A DNA stretch of 64,000 nucleotides from Phoronis australis. Lineage: Eukaryota; Animalia; Phoronida. The notes beneath the pieces were generated by a model. The model was not told where the DNA came from, made no database searches, and worked only from the letters and a program-made list of their open reading frames with translations. Within the stretch, counting starts at the first letter, position 1; every line of letters starts with the position of its first letter. The stretch spans positions 1,446,710 to 1,510,709 of the forward strand of contig NMRA01000026.1 in NCBI GenBank assembly GCA_002633005.1. Reading direction: 5' to 3'. Below, in pieces: positions 37,201-50,610 of this stretch. Made by a program: the position numbers and the translations under genes.

Positions 37201-38999
37201 TGCTTCACTTATGCTTGTGCATTAAGTTGTTTTGATCGTCTACTGAAAAAACAAGACAATTGATACTGACAAGAAGGCGTGGTTTGAGAAAAGCAATGGC
37301 ATCCATGGGCGGAATGAAATATCCAATTTCACAACGGTCAGGTCGAAATCAACCGTTACTTCTTGTGAAATAAGACAGATTTGTAGCCACTTCCGTATAA
37401 GCGCGCATTTAGGCACATACTCTTGTATGTGAAACTGCAGCTATATTCGAATTTAGCGCGCGGCGAGTTTATGAAAATATGTTTATTAAAGCGTTCATCA
37501 TCGCCTTCCGGTTGAGTTACACCCGTTGTTGTAGATAATTACGTGATTTCAATTAATGGTGAGATGAAAAATTGGAGAATTGACAAGAAATTAAAGAGCT
37601 CAGTTTTAGGCGTGCACGTGAGGACACTCCTTGTTTATGCACGGGAAAATTAGACGTGTGCCCCTGTGTGCCTTAAGTTCGTCGGAAAAATACGGTTTCT
37701 GTCTAGTATATGAGAATTGAATAGGCGTGCATCTGTCTAAACTGAGCTGATTCCCCGACGGGTGAATATCAAGTTTCAGATACTCTCGATAACCGGAACA
37801 TTTTACGTCAATATTGAATGTGACAGTCATTACTAATCAGTTGTGTTGTCGAGGGGAGGACCTAGTCCATTTACTTTTTACAGCTAGAGAATGCTCCCCT
37901 CAGCTCTACAAATTCCCATTTTTGTGCCATGCAGTGATCTCACATTTTAAAGTAAATTGCGTTACGTTTCATTTCTACGAAAATGGCGAATCTTGTATCT
38001 CGTCCTAACTAACAGTTAATGAGTCCTTGATGTTCAGCGTTAGGCAACTATTTTTTCTTGGACTACACCATATTGTCACCAATGTACAACTCGATACACT
38101 TATATATTTTGTTTAACTGATTGGCGTCATTCTCTGGAAAGAGGCGGTGACGCCTTCAGTCTTCAATGGCAAATATCATACTTTTGTCTAACTAATTGTA
38201 ATTCTCGAGGGAAATGTCGGAATTAGTGGTGTAACACCGTGAGCTCAGAGCGTTTACTTGAAACGAGATGTAAGAATACCCCGAGGACTATGCATCAAAA
38301 CTATCCATATCTGTCTATTTCAATAGTTGACACATTCTATTGTTAACTGGTAAAACATTCATGGACGTCCCATTGTTTTCAACAAGGTGTTATTCCGGTG
38401 TTTCTAAGCGCTGTCAAAATCAATTTTCCATCGACTACACGCAAAGCGCATATAGGAGATAAATTTTCTAAAGCTTGTTTAGCTTTCTGTTAGAGCGCTC
38501 TTGCAGTAATGAAAAGACACCATTCTATGCAAACCATTTTCGTCGTCACTGTTCTGTATCGCCATTGTAATTAATCACTATCAGCCCCGTTCGTTGAAAG
38601 TAAACAAATTACGTAATCAACATCAAAAAGTAAAAATTTATTTTGAAAATTATCACATGAACAGGTAGCATCCGTTAAGCATAAAAACAGTTCATTTTAT
38701 TACCATGCAAATAGATGTTGTTATTGGGTGTGCGAAAGAGATAAAAGTTCATACAGCTTTCAAATAATCAACTTCTTTAGAATTGCTCACCTTTTTTCAT
38801 AATTCCCAGAAGCCTTAACTATCCAAGATGCAATAAACTTGCGTAATTCAAAACTAGAAAAAGACATGAGTTGAAAAACCTAATGAAACCTTAGAAAGAG
38901 AAAATGCCTGTTGTTTACCCTACCTAGCAAACGGCAGTTCTTGTATGCGATTCTAGACATGCCAAACGTTCACCGACGCGAGACTAAAATAGTGGCAAT

Positions 39000-39200
39000 T
39001 GCTACATCGCGTGATTCAACGTTTATGATTACGCCGACCTGTAAAACGCAATAATGAACTGGGAGTACTGGGTTGCGCTCCCTAACGAAGCATTATCGGA
39101 GAGAAAAATGATTTTATGAGACTGGCCTCCGCGCGGATTCGAACTTACATGCCCGGGGTAGCAATCTAACAACCCCCGGGGTAGCAATCTAATACTGTGC
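39000..39200 (-). mobile_element. Possible tRNA-derived SINE remnant (second family)
   Basis: Minus-strand B-box GTTCGAATCC at 39135-39144, next to a duplication of CCCGGGGTAGCAATCTAA. Boundaries are uncertain. Confidence 0.35.
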
Positions 39201-39235
39201 TGAACTCGATAAATGGCAAAGCATTTTAAGCTTAT

Positions 39236-39599
39236 TTAAAACTGCATTTTCCGTGTTTAGCTGGCTAGAAATAAAAAACAAGAATAAACAAAAAAAACAA
39301 ACCGGGCCTTTTATTGTCATAATATCGGTCTCATAGTATCCTTAGTGTGATGGTGTACCAAACCAACTCAAGTCGCCTGCAGTGCTTGCTTGAGTCACTT
39401 TCCAATTTGCAGTTGGTTTTGGCCAACCTCATTAAACACGAAAACGTTTTCTTGAGTTAGGGTGGTTTCGTCGATGTTCTTGTTGGCATCGTGAATAGAA
39501 TCCTATCACGGTGACTATGTTATGAGACTGAATTTATGAGAGTAAAAGGCCTAATTTGTTTTTTTTTAACCAGCTAAAGAGGGCGAAGTGTAACTTTAA
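39236..39599. mobile_element. TTAA-flanked foldback MITE with long imperfect arms
   Basis: TTTAGCTGG..GGCCTTTT..GTCTCATA is mirrored by TATGAGAC..AAAAGGCC..CCAGCTAAA. A related arm lies at 6276-6380. Confidence 0.65.
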
Positions 39600-41383
39600 T
39601 TACGAGTAAAGTTATCCTTATTTATTTCTGTGAAATGTGTGGCAAACAGGCGAGGTATGTAAGAGAATCATAAAAATACAAAGGATTTTTGTGATTTTGT
39701 AGTTCTGGTCAAAGATAGCAACTTCAAGAAGCTCGTCTTATCCAACGATAATCCAAAAAGGCTGTTTAGTCAGTAAAATCGATAATGCTCCGTTAAAGTT
39801 TAATTCTTGCAAGTTTGGTAGATCATGCAAGTCTTCGACACAACTGAGATATTGCTGCGCGAATCTACTGGCTTTCACACGCATGTGCTTTGTGATGATT
39901 TTGTTTTCACTCAGTTTATCTCAGAGTGGCAAATACCGGTAAATAAATGTGCTTATAATACAAGAACGCAGTAATTTGGTGTGTCATCATTACAGTTATA
40001 CACAGTTTTTCACAAGATTTAAAATGACATTTGAAATCCTTTGGGCTTCGTTCATGCGCTAATAAAGTAAATTAAATAAAGCTATGATGTCTAAAATCTT
40101 ACAAGAATAATCAATAACGAAAGTATCTGTTGAAGCAAGATCTGCGCTTAAGCTCTTTCAAAGCTGTCACTAATTTCCCTTGGTGTACCTATTATCTCCT
40201 CCTCTAAAAGATTTGAAGTCAGACACGTAAATTCTTCTGTTTTTGTAAATAACCTGATCAGCCACAATGTGACAAGAACCTATAAGAACAAGGGGTTAGA
40301 TAAGTTAACTTTCCTTCCTAGTTTGGGTGTTCTGTTACAGCGGCTGCAAAATTTTCGACGCTGCACCAGTAACAGCGTCGTTGCCCGGATGTCAATACTA
40401 GAAACCTTCTCGGCACGGCGAACACTAAAGACAGACAGGCAAGAGTAATATGACAAGCTCCCTTACTAATTCGGAGTCGATACAAAAAAGGCATTCTAGT
40501 AATAACATAAAAAGATGCATTAGTGGTGATCTGTCGTTAAAAAGGAGAACAGACTTATGTTGGTTGACCCAAAACTGAATACGTCACCTGTTGAGTGATC
40601 CGCTGGTTTCCTTTGTGCCACTGCCAGCTGACTACCGACCACCTAGCGGCACGCAGGGAATCAGCGAGCTGTTGCGGATGAATGCCTCCGGCGGGAGCCG
40701 ATACAAGCATTCTTCTAAGGAGCTATAAACCAGCGTTCCGTTCAAGAATCAAACATTTTGCTTAGACCACTTACCACTGTAAAATTAGTCTCAACGTGGT
40801 CCTCACTCAGATGAATTAAAGTAATTTCTGGGTTTGCATAAAGCTGACAGTTCGTTATTCGGGATGCTCCATAAAATGACTCGCCCCGGCGTCGGTGGCA
40901 AGCCAACTTGTAGAGACTTAACTCAAGAACTAACAAACGGTTCGAAGACCTGATACCATATTCAGTTTGTCTAAAGAACAATATGAGACCAATTTCATAA
41001 CAGTAAATGAACTAAATCAAAAGTTGTTTTTATGTGATTGAACGAGAGTTTACATAGCCGCTTTAAACACGTTCTAATGAAGGCTGGGCGCTGTGCCGGG
41101 CCGTCTTCGTAGCAGGCGACTAACTCGTCCAAAGCGTTAATCATGCTTGGCGATATAGCAGACTCGTGTATTCTAAAAAGATTTCTAATTTGTTCCAGAC
41201 TGATAACGATGACGAAGGTCACAGGGTATAATTGTTTAAAAAGCTTTCGTGGTGAAAAGTTGCAATTAATATCTATATAAACTGTCCTAACATGTATCAG
41301 CAAGAAATGAAAATTTCGAAAAAACTCCCTATCCTTCTTTAAAGCTACTCTCTGAGTTGAAATGCCTACTGCGACAGTCTACT

Positions 41384-42187
41384 TTATTCTTCCATTGAAG
41401 TAGTAAGAAGCGGCTGTTTTGAAATGACGTCTGGCGATGGACTGTCGTCGCTCCCAGTCACACATAAAGTAACAACATCCTCTCGAGAAGATCGCTTTGA
41501 GCTTTTACCACCTTCTTCACCCTGTGTTCCTAATTTGACCTGCGAAGAATGGAATTGCTTTTTATCAATATCTGCTGCTGAGGACGTTGTCAAAAGTTCA
41601 AACTCGTTATTCTCCGCAAAGGACGTTTCGGTCTCCAAACTTAGCTCCTCTTCATATCCTCCCACAGCACCTTCGAGAGGTTTTTCGTTTACTAGTTGCT
41701 GCTCTTGGGTTTTACTGAATGTGAGCAAAGACTCTTTCTCATTAGCGTCACTGAGACCTGAACAGTCAGTATTTTCGCCTTCCGTCGTCATTTTATTTTG
41801 GAGTTCATTTAATTTTCTTTCTTCCTCTTCTTGGCGACATCTGGCGGCCTCCAGGTTAGCTTCCCGTTTGGCTTTACGTATTCGTAGTTTGCGTGCTTTC
41901 AACGCAAAGAATACCGCACCAAAACAGAAAATTGCTCCCACGATCGCAATTGTTGGCCCAACGGCATGGCGCATGGGTGGTATGTCCTTGAAAACTCCAA
42001 CGAGCAGAGTAATAATACCGCCACATAAAATGATAAATCCAAAAGAGAACATTCCAAGAATTGTCCTCATTTGCAATAATGGTCTCGGGATGAGGTCATC
42101 TTCAACTTCATCATCAGTGCGTCCATGGGACGGAATGTAAGGATGGTGAAAACTGTATTTCACGGGGTGGTTGCGTCGACTCGGCAT
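41384..42187 (-). CDS. Uncharacterised two-pass membrane protein (267 aa, single coding exon)
   Basis: Long ATG-initiated ORF (acaATG) with two hydrophobic helices (aa ~43-66, ~75-96), a basic stop-transfer segment, a coiled-coil-like stretch and an acidic low-complexity tail. Confidence 0.8.
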   Translation of the reverse strand: MPSRRNHPVKYSFHHPYIPSHGRTDDEVEDDLIPRPLLQMRTILGMFSFGFIILCGGIITLLVGVFKDIPPMRHAVGPTIAIVGAIFCFGAVFFALKARKLRIRKAKREANLEAARCRQEEEERKLNELQNKMTTEGENTDCSGLSDANEKESLLTFSKTQEQQLVNEKPLEGAVGGYEEELSLETETSFAENNEFELLTTSSAADIDKKQFHSSQVKLGTQGEEGGKSSKRSSREDVVTLCVTGSDDSPSPDVISKQPLLTTSMEE

Positions 42188-45100
42188 TGTTGTGAACCAA
42201 TGTTCAAATTATCAACATAAATTTCTCCTCTTTACCCACTCCTTGTATTCCTGCGGAAACCTAATCTTCTCCAGTAACGGAACACCAACTTACTCCGACC
42301 CGAACAAAGCACCAATTGCTGCAACGATTAAATTGTGACGTCGTCGGTTGTCGACAGCGCTATCCAAATCACCCAAATAGACTACTATTTGCTCGACCGA
42401 TACAATGTGCTACATTATTCATTAAATTTCCCTCGATTCCTGCCTGTCGATCATGCTACCTGTGGTTCTGACTCGCTTCGCTCCCCTGTGACATGTCCTA
42501 GAAATTGAAATCAATACCTGTCATTAAAAATGAATCGTAAGCTTGGATTCTACAACCCGCATTTGATCCTGTAGTGACCAAATCAAATGTATGATATTTT
42601 CGTTTGCACAATGCCTTGAAAACATATATCTCCATAACGTATGTACTGTTATCTCTCACCGCATTGTTAAACATAAAACTGAAGTTAACCATGGCGACAG
42701 ACAATGATTTTGAGAGCGCTATTAATGTCAGATTTTGAAATGTTGATATTTCTGTGAACTATTTTCCTCGATATTTATGACTTTTTCGTGGATAGTTAGT
42801 GCAATTTCGTTTTCCAAATGACCAGCGACGAGCAAAAAGACAACTAGTTGTTTTAATTGATTGGTGATTTTGGAACGTTATGGTATTCACACTTATACAG
42901 TCGAATGAGTGCTTCAGCTGTTGGTGAAACTAACAGAAATTTTCCATGGGAAACGGAAAACGTCAGAGAAAGCAATCTTTTTGGGTTCCAGTAGCCATAA
43001 ACGTTAAGTCTAGCGAAAAGTTCCCGTGTTTCGAGTTTCATGGTTCAAAGAAATATTGGCAATCTAATTGGAAATGACACCCTTTTATAACGTTAAAGTC
43101 GTGGAGCGTTCTTGAAAGAAATGAATTAAACAATTATTTATTGATTAGTCAACTAAAGAAAGTGAAATGAGATTGTAGACATGTATTTAGTCATAATAAT
43201 ATTCTGTTCTTCTGAGCACTTGCCGTCATCTCGCGTCACTAATCAGCGCTAAGGCGCCGCTAGCTTGCAAAACATATAAAGGGCATGAAACATGCAGGTA
43301 ATTAACCCTATGATGGCGACGCTTTCTGTAACAACACACAAGCATTGACGTGGCGACTGGGGCACAAACGGGCCATGCCTTTACTTCTGTTTATTACATG
43401 ATAAAGGACAACCACCGGTCGAAACTTATTTCGGTTTTGTGTTTGCCCCCACTTGTCATTGTAACGTGCACCCAGATTGCTATTCATTTCACCCCGCTTC
43501 TTTACCTCTTCACCCCTTTCTTCAATTTTGCGTTTGGTGCCACGGTTGAATACCTCTGGCTACGCTAGTGCACACAGGGTAAATAACACGTGAGTGCGAA
43601 GAAGTCTACTAATGAACCGCGTAAAGTTGAGGTTTGTTCATCCGTTCATTCTACTATTCTAACACTTTCCCGTTCCTTTGCAGCTTTCCATTGCCGTTGC
43701 TTATACGGTAGTAGTTTGATTTGCAAGCAAACAGTGAATGATGGTAAATCAATTTTATTGAAGAAGATAAATTCCTAACTATTAGACCGTATCTGATTTA
43801 TCTGGGATCATTTTACAATATGAAAATGGAGCCGGAGATTGCATTCACGTTAGGCCAGCTATGAAACGAATCCAGGCATCTAATATATTCTGCACTCTAT
43901 TGTGGTTGAACGTATGGTTGTTCCTTTTATAATTTCTGGTTTATTGTCCTAATATTTATTTTAAGTGATCTGTTTAGTGACTTGTCGCGTTTCTTTTGAG
44001 ACTTTCATCTTTGTAAGGAATACACTTGAGTGAAAATTTTCCACCCAGAAAAATGTTTAGGTACGCAAATCTGAAGCCGGTACAAATGCTCAGTACGTGT
44101 ATTAACCGTGAACACAAGGGATAGGTTTGGTCAAACCAACTATTAAAGATACACTTTCTCTTTACCCTAAACGGCTCAGGTGGGGGTGACAAGTTACTTT
44201 AATAACACAAAATATGCCTAAAATCTATTCATAATACGATAGGAAATGACCCCATCTCCAAACAGACTGTTCAGGACATGTGAAGGAAGTGCCAAAAAGC
44301 AACGAGTTTGGAGTACGTTGGCCACCCTTCCATGCAGCATGCATTAGTGAGCGCACTGATATCCTTCGTTCTAGATTTAACAAGTTAATTTATATATGAT
44401 AGAAACCAATTGTTGTCATGGCAAGTATAACCAGTGGCGAATCTTGGATATCACAAGGGGGGCCAACATTTTGCCCGGCTTTAAGCATTTGCGCAAACCA
44501 CGATTGTAGATGCGCATAGCACCGAATGGGGGGGAGGAAATTTTTCTGTTTTTTCCACTAAAAATCAAGCATTTTCCTTTGGCTGCATAAACCAAAGGGA
44601 AATAATGTTTTATAAAACTACGCTCTTTGAGATTTCATCGTGAGAGTACCTTTCTTTTTTGCCAATTTTTTATTAAAAGACACGGTCACGTGACCCAATT
44701 AATGTCAGATTAGGATAAGGTTAAAAACGACATCTTTCTAGTTATATTTTACAAAACTATTTTTTTGTAATTTTATAGATTGGCCTAATTGCTTAAATGT
44801 AAATGTATAATGGCTGCGCGATTGACATTGGGCAAGACTGTCTCACCAAGTCAGGAAATCCGTGAGGTCTAAATTAACTGCTCCAGTACAATTCACAAGA
44901 TTTGTGCCACATGAGTGGAAATTACCAAGCTACATTCTTCATGGACGACTTTGGTTAGTTTGATTCGTTACGGACTGCTGTTTCTAGAACGAAATATGGC
45001 GACAACTGAAATGGAATGATACTGAGACGGCTGTTTGCGTCAACGGCATCAAGTGATCTAGCAGTAGTCAACTTGCAGTTGACGAGTCATGTCATGACAT

Positions 45101-45539
45101 GGCTCTGAACCTAATCAAGGCCCTACTGTCGGACCAGGCAGGTTCACGTTGAATACACCATCACCACTGTCATTCTCCTTCCTTGCTAATTGGTAACATG
45201 ATAACTGAACATTTATGGTGAAACGCTAAATCGACATGGAGTGTTGTAGGAAGAATTGATTTTTATGTATTTACAGTTTACATGAGCCATGCTAGGAGTT
45301 AATGCTTTGCATGCCATGAATTTAGATTGAACGAGCTGAACTAATCAAAATATCTCTGAATGGTAGTCTGACAAAATAGACTAGGTTGGGGGTCTTGGTA
45401 TATTATAGAGTCGTGAGAATCTCTATTAGTTATCCGTACGGGGGCCTTCCCTACAATTCACTGTCATGTGATACTGGTCTCAAAAGAGACGGATACGTGT
45501 CACGAATTTTTTGTAATAGTCACTTACTAGCACAATTAA

Positions 45540-45611
45540 GGGTCCCACATTTTGAGAACCAGTTTCTCCACTGAATCCAGGCATCAAACTGGTTCTCAAA
45601 ATGAGGGACCC
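45540..45611. repeat. 72-bp hairpin element (26-bp arms); second copy at 4871-4926
   Basis: GGGTCCCACATTTTGAGAACCAGTTT - 20-nt loop - AAACTGGTTCTCAAAATGAGGGACCC. Confidence 0.85.
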
Positions 45612-46933
45612 CAGTATAAGTGACTATTGCCCTTTTTATTTCGCGAATTTCTTGTTTCCACGAAAACAACGAAATACCTGCCGTGCACGTGTTTTCATCA
45701 CAGATGTGTAAGCAGCTCCAAATGCAACATGGAATGAAGTGACGGCTGTGTATAGTTATCCGAGTGTATCGGGTTACCATGTTTAGAAATGAAGAACCGA
45801 ATTGATTATAGTAAGTTATCATAACACGATTCAATTTCCACTTGTTTTATATTTACAATGCGTCACCATGGTCTACAGCTCTGTAAATGCGAACGGCGTT
45901 GAGAAATATACTGTCGAACTTTACATTCTGTGGTGAGAATTATGTACTAAAAACGTTTATGTTATGTGTTTCAACAGCAATTAAAATGAGTGCTGAAGTA
46001 CTCCAGACTTATGCGTGATCGTGTGTTTGAATCATCCACTTATAGATGGCGCACGTATCGCATTTCACGGTTGAACACTTATCGTTCTTGTAAACCATGT
46101 AAAGTTCCATTTACTACACAATTCACATAGTGTGACAAGAATTTGATATCATTAGACGGTCCAATCAATTCCTTGAGAATTATCTGTTCCTAAAAATGTT
46201 TATTAAACGAAATTGTTAAATCTGTGAAAAGCCAGTGGTGATATTTAAGTCTCAGTGAGAATCAATAATTTTGAATGGTTAAGCTTCATCTCAATGCCTA
46301 GGCCTTTATCGTGGAAAGTAAAGAGAAGGAAACACAATTAGAATACGTACTATGGTGCGACTACAAGGTACTAATGGACTTTTAAGCAAAAACCCCAGTC
46401 ACACATTACCGGTTCAGACGGCAGTTCAAGTAATACGCCCGGCATACTCCGCTGATGAACGTGTTAACTTCGCAATGAAGTTTGGAAGACCGCGTTCATC
46501 GAACAAAGGTTAAAATGTTTATTTTTTCGAGGCGGTGTTGGCGGTGGGAACACGGAGTAATCGATACTGTGGCAGCACAGAGCCACACGGCCGCGCTGCA
46601 ATTTACGTGAAGCATTCCAGCGCAGAGGCTCGCAGCTCCCTAGCCTTTCATTTGTTATAATCAATTACTGTTCTTTTTCATTTTTGTGGAAATATACACG
46701 TTGGCTGAAAAGGGGCCCCCGATGAAGGGATCAATTGATTGCAACTCCCTTCTACTTTTTGTAATTACACATGTCAATTTAGCCCGGCCGGAATAATTTT
46801 CCCCTTTGCTCCCTACGAATCCAGTTTTGATTCTTCCTTCACGTTTGCTATTGAAGGCCGCTTGTTCCGTTTTGTTGCCGGTCAACAGCGGTGTTAGACC
46901 TATCACGGAGCCCACATGAAGGCTGGTATGAAA

Positions 46934-47271
46934 CACCAAAGGGTTCTCAAACGAGTACCTTTCTTTGCGTTGAAATGTGATTAATCAACGCGTAGTTTTA
47001 CTTAACTAACGCGCTCAGTGAGTTAGTTATTCGTTATGTCCAGTCAATGAAAAGGTACGTAATGGCGCCATATACTTGGTCACTTGGTAAGAATCTGCAA
47101 CATTCTTCATAAGGCCTTGCACCCATGTTGAAAGTCTTCCGCTGTTTTGAGGTTTGAGAGTGTGATTGGCTTATATGAACTGACTAAAAGTACGCGTTGA
47201 ATAAGCAAAACTACACGTTGATTAAGCACATTTCAACGCGCAGAAAGGTACCGTTTAAGAACCCTCTGGCG
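46934..47271. mobile_element. MITE with ~80-bp imperfect TIRs
   Basis: CACCAAAGGGTTCTCAAACGAGTACCTTTCT..GCGTTGAAATGTG..TTAATCAACG is mirrored by CGTTGATTAAGCACATTTCAACGCGCAGAAAGGTACCGTTTAAGAACCCTCTGGCG. Confidence 0.8.
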
Positions 47272-48229
47272 CTTACCATAGGCGGATTTAGGGGGGGCAA
47301 GGGGTCCGCCCTCACCCCTCGGCTGCCGCTAGCAATATGAAACAGCAACAGCGTGAAGGGTGAGGAAATATTGATTGAGTTCAGTAACTAGGACCCGTAG
47401 CGGATGGGGGGGGGGGGGGTTGGCTCAGACCCCAGATCGCAGCGGAATCGTGTTCTCATTTTTTTAATCCATCGATAGATTTTCTGAACAGAAGGTCCAC
47501 ATCCCAGGCCCCGCAACTTTCGGGCAGCCCTGTGTAGGCTACATACAATCGCGCTTTGCCCAATTCCCCGAAGCAACATCTTGGGCCCCCCTTATGGTAT
47601 CCTAGATCCGCCACTTTTTCCTACTTGGGGCTTCATACGCTGGCACTTTGTACACGTACGGTGCACGAGCTATTTCAAACTATGACGGCCAATATTTTAG
47701 CGTTTGTCGACGGCCCTCTCGGTTCACTGCGGATTCATGCCGGATAATAAGAGGTTTTATAGGATGTTTAAAACACGTTACTCGGTGGTGTGTGGCCAAG
47801 TGTCACGGAGCCGCAAACTGCCGTCTGCACAGACAATTGATGTGTGAAAGGATCGACCTTCAAGGCATGTACATGTGTACACATAGGGAGGATCACGCGC
47901 AGTGAAATGTGTTAGCTTCGCGGAAGAAGTTACGTCAACGGTTGATATTGCAGCTCACTTCCGAGGTAGGATCGGCACTTTCGCATCATTCTCCGCGGCA
48001 TCATGAGATTTCTGTGCCAAAGGTCGGGTTACTGTCGAGTTTGTGAATCGCGATCTCGACACTTTTCAAGTGCCGAAATTCACAGCCTCTGCCACGCCGT
48101 CTGAACCGCCAATAATGAAGGGGGTCAAAGGATCTTTTGGCGAGCCTTCACTGCACGAATGGGTGATCTATAGGTCTGCAGAACTATCTTTTGGGAGATG
48201 GTACTGCTCCCTCAGCTCAATCACGTTAA

Positions 48230-49020
48230 AACGATACTAAACTCTGTTTTGATGATTTCAACCAATCCTCGTTCTGGCACCTGCTAATGCATCATTGACG
48301 TCAATCTTCCATGATAAAGCAAGAATCAACTAAGTTGGTCTTTTCTCACAGTTAGGATGTAAATCGCTAAAGGCTTATCTCGTGCTTGCGAATTTAGCAG
48401 ACTTTAAAAAGAGTTTTCAAGATTTTCCTCCAACTTTTTTAGGGTTGTCGAGGGATATAGAGCATTATTTTGCTTCAGAGAACTGGATGGGAAAGTTTTT
48501 ACTATCTGTTAATGGAGCAAATCCGGTTTGGTATAATTTAAAGGAATGCTGCCTTTTTGAATGCGCGGCGGCTTATGGCCAATTTGAACTGAGAACATTA
48601 CTGCATCTCCGAAAGTATTTTTAAAAAGATACTAATCCCTGTGTTGATGATTTCAACTAATCCTGGTTCTGTCACCTGCTGATGCTTGGTGCCAATCTTG
48701 AAAAATAACGCCAGGAATCAGCCAAAGACTCATAATCCCTGTGTTACATATTTGACATTATGGTCCCTGGTGGGTGGTCTTTCCTCACAGTTGCCGTGTA
48801 ATTCGCTACAAGCGTAAGTCACACGTGGGGCCACACTGCTAGACCCTTGAGTCAGGTCTCTAGCTCCTCAGCTCGGTTTTAACTATATGTTAATAAAGCA
48901 AAAAATAGTTTCAGGTGATCAATGCAATGGGCCCACATGCGCGGCCTGCGCACGTCTGGGTTACAGAGCATTATTTTGTTTCAGAAAACTAGATGGGAAC
49001 GTCGTTTTCAGTATCTGTTC
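48230..49020. repeat. Diverged local tandem duplication (~400-bp unit) with a SINE fragment in the second copy
   Basis: TTGATGATTTCAAC..CACCTGCT at 48249 and 48645. AGAGCATTATTTTG at about 48459 and 48965. SINE body at 48830-48962. Confidence 0.7.
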
Positions 49021-50545
49021 ACTATGCAAATTAACCAAACATTCGTTCAAACAAGGTAACTTTCCTCATAAAATAGCCAGATGAAGAATGAGTTTTGAAC
49101 TTGTAAACACTTATTTGCAGACAGGTTACTAGTATGTGTGTAGCTGGTCGTTATTGTGTCCCATGAAGTTTGTTCAATCCATTATGTTACAAATCCAATG
49201 AGGGTAATATCTTAGCGAGACGTTGCTGTCCAAGAATACCCTCTCATTGTCACATTTAGTATGAGGGTAATCCATATCATATTCCGTGAGAATTCTCAGA
49301 TTTCCTAGGCAGGCTCCCTCATGTTTGCCAACAGTAGTGTCGATTGTTCGTATAATACATAGGCAGAGGCCTACAATAACACCCGGTGTTTTAGCAGCTA
49401 AAACAAGATATACACTTGTTATAACACGAATGAAAAATTGGTGAACATGGAACCGGAGACTACGGGCATACATTATTCCAAAAACGTTTAAGAAGAAAAC
49501 ACTCTTTCTTGATTTAGTAAAACACATAACCCTAATAATTATCTTAGAGACTTAGAGAAACGTTTTTCGTGGGAATTATTGTTCCTCTGGCGTGTATTTA
49601 CTATCCATGAACGTCATATAAACGGCACATCAAAAACATGCATCTTGCTGCTGCATTGGTACCTTTGAGGAAACACGAATTGGCAACACGGACTGTTTCT
49701 ACTTGCGAATAGGCCGATGAATGTAGAACTAAGATGCGGGCCTTTTATTGGGCAGTCCACGTCACACTCCATTGTTCAATGGATAGTGACTACTTACTCG
49801 GGGGAAAAACAACAAAGCGGAAAATGTACCTCCAACGTACCCAGGGATCTGCACTTTTACTAAAGCCAACGCCAAAAAACGGTTGATCTCACCTTTAAAT
49901 GGGACAGGCATAACATAAAAATGTTAATATTGAAACGAATAACGTATTTTGTATCGATGTGTCTTAATTGTGTCGAAGGTCAGTATAATAGGCCTTAGTA
50001 GAATATTGGGCAACTATTATGAGTCACCAGTTTAGTGCGTAATTATCGATAGTGTTTGAGAATGCTCCAAACAAAAAGACAGTCAATGAATTACCTGAAA
50101 TTGAGAAAATAAACTTTTAAATTAGTATCAAATAACTGTCAGAATTGATGGAAACAAAATATCCTACCTTTCTTTTACTCCGTGTCCATAACCTTGTGAT
50201 TCTCAGTCTGGGTGGAGTTGTACAAAAACATACAAGAGCTGGGATAGTATCGATCTATTTCGTTCTCATTTAAGGCCAACAATACAAAAGTTGTAGCTTG
50301 CCGATCGATATCATAATTTGAACTGATGTACCGCGAGGCATCCACTAGTCTTGTGACTGCTGAGTATTGGCTTACAGTATACAGGAAGATCATTATTCAT
50401 TACCTTTGACGTAGCCAACATGAGGGTCAAATTGTCCTCAAGAACAATGACCGACACAATTTCAGCAGAGCGATTTCTTGAGTCACATAAAAGGGACAAA
50501 TGCAGGCAGAATTTAATTTCTACCAACATTCTTTGAACCGGCAAC

Positions 50546-50610
50546 CAGGGGCGGATCCATGATTTTGAGTTGGGGGGGGGTAGNCCCCCCCCCCCCTAAA
50601 TCCGCCACTG
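50546..50610. mobile_element. Very short hAT5-like MITE
   Basis: CAGGGGCGGATCC...AAATCCGCCACTG, flanked by GCAAC and GCAGC (5-bp TSD with one mismatch). Related termini occur at about 44432, 47277 and 47393-47614. Confidence 0.6.

Noticed and set aside
41424-42140. 238-aa plus-strand ORF overlapping the two-TM gene
   Set aside because: Antisense shadow of the minus-strand CDS, Ser/Leu/Phe-rich as expected from complementing Glu/Lys/Arg codons.
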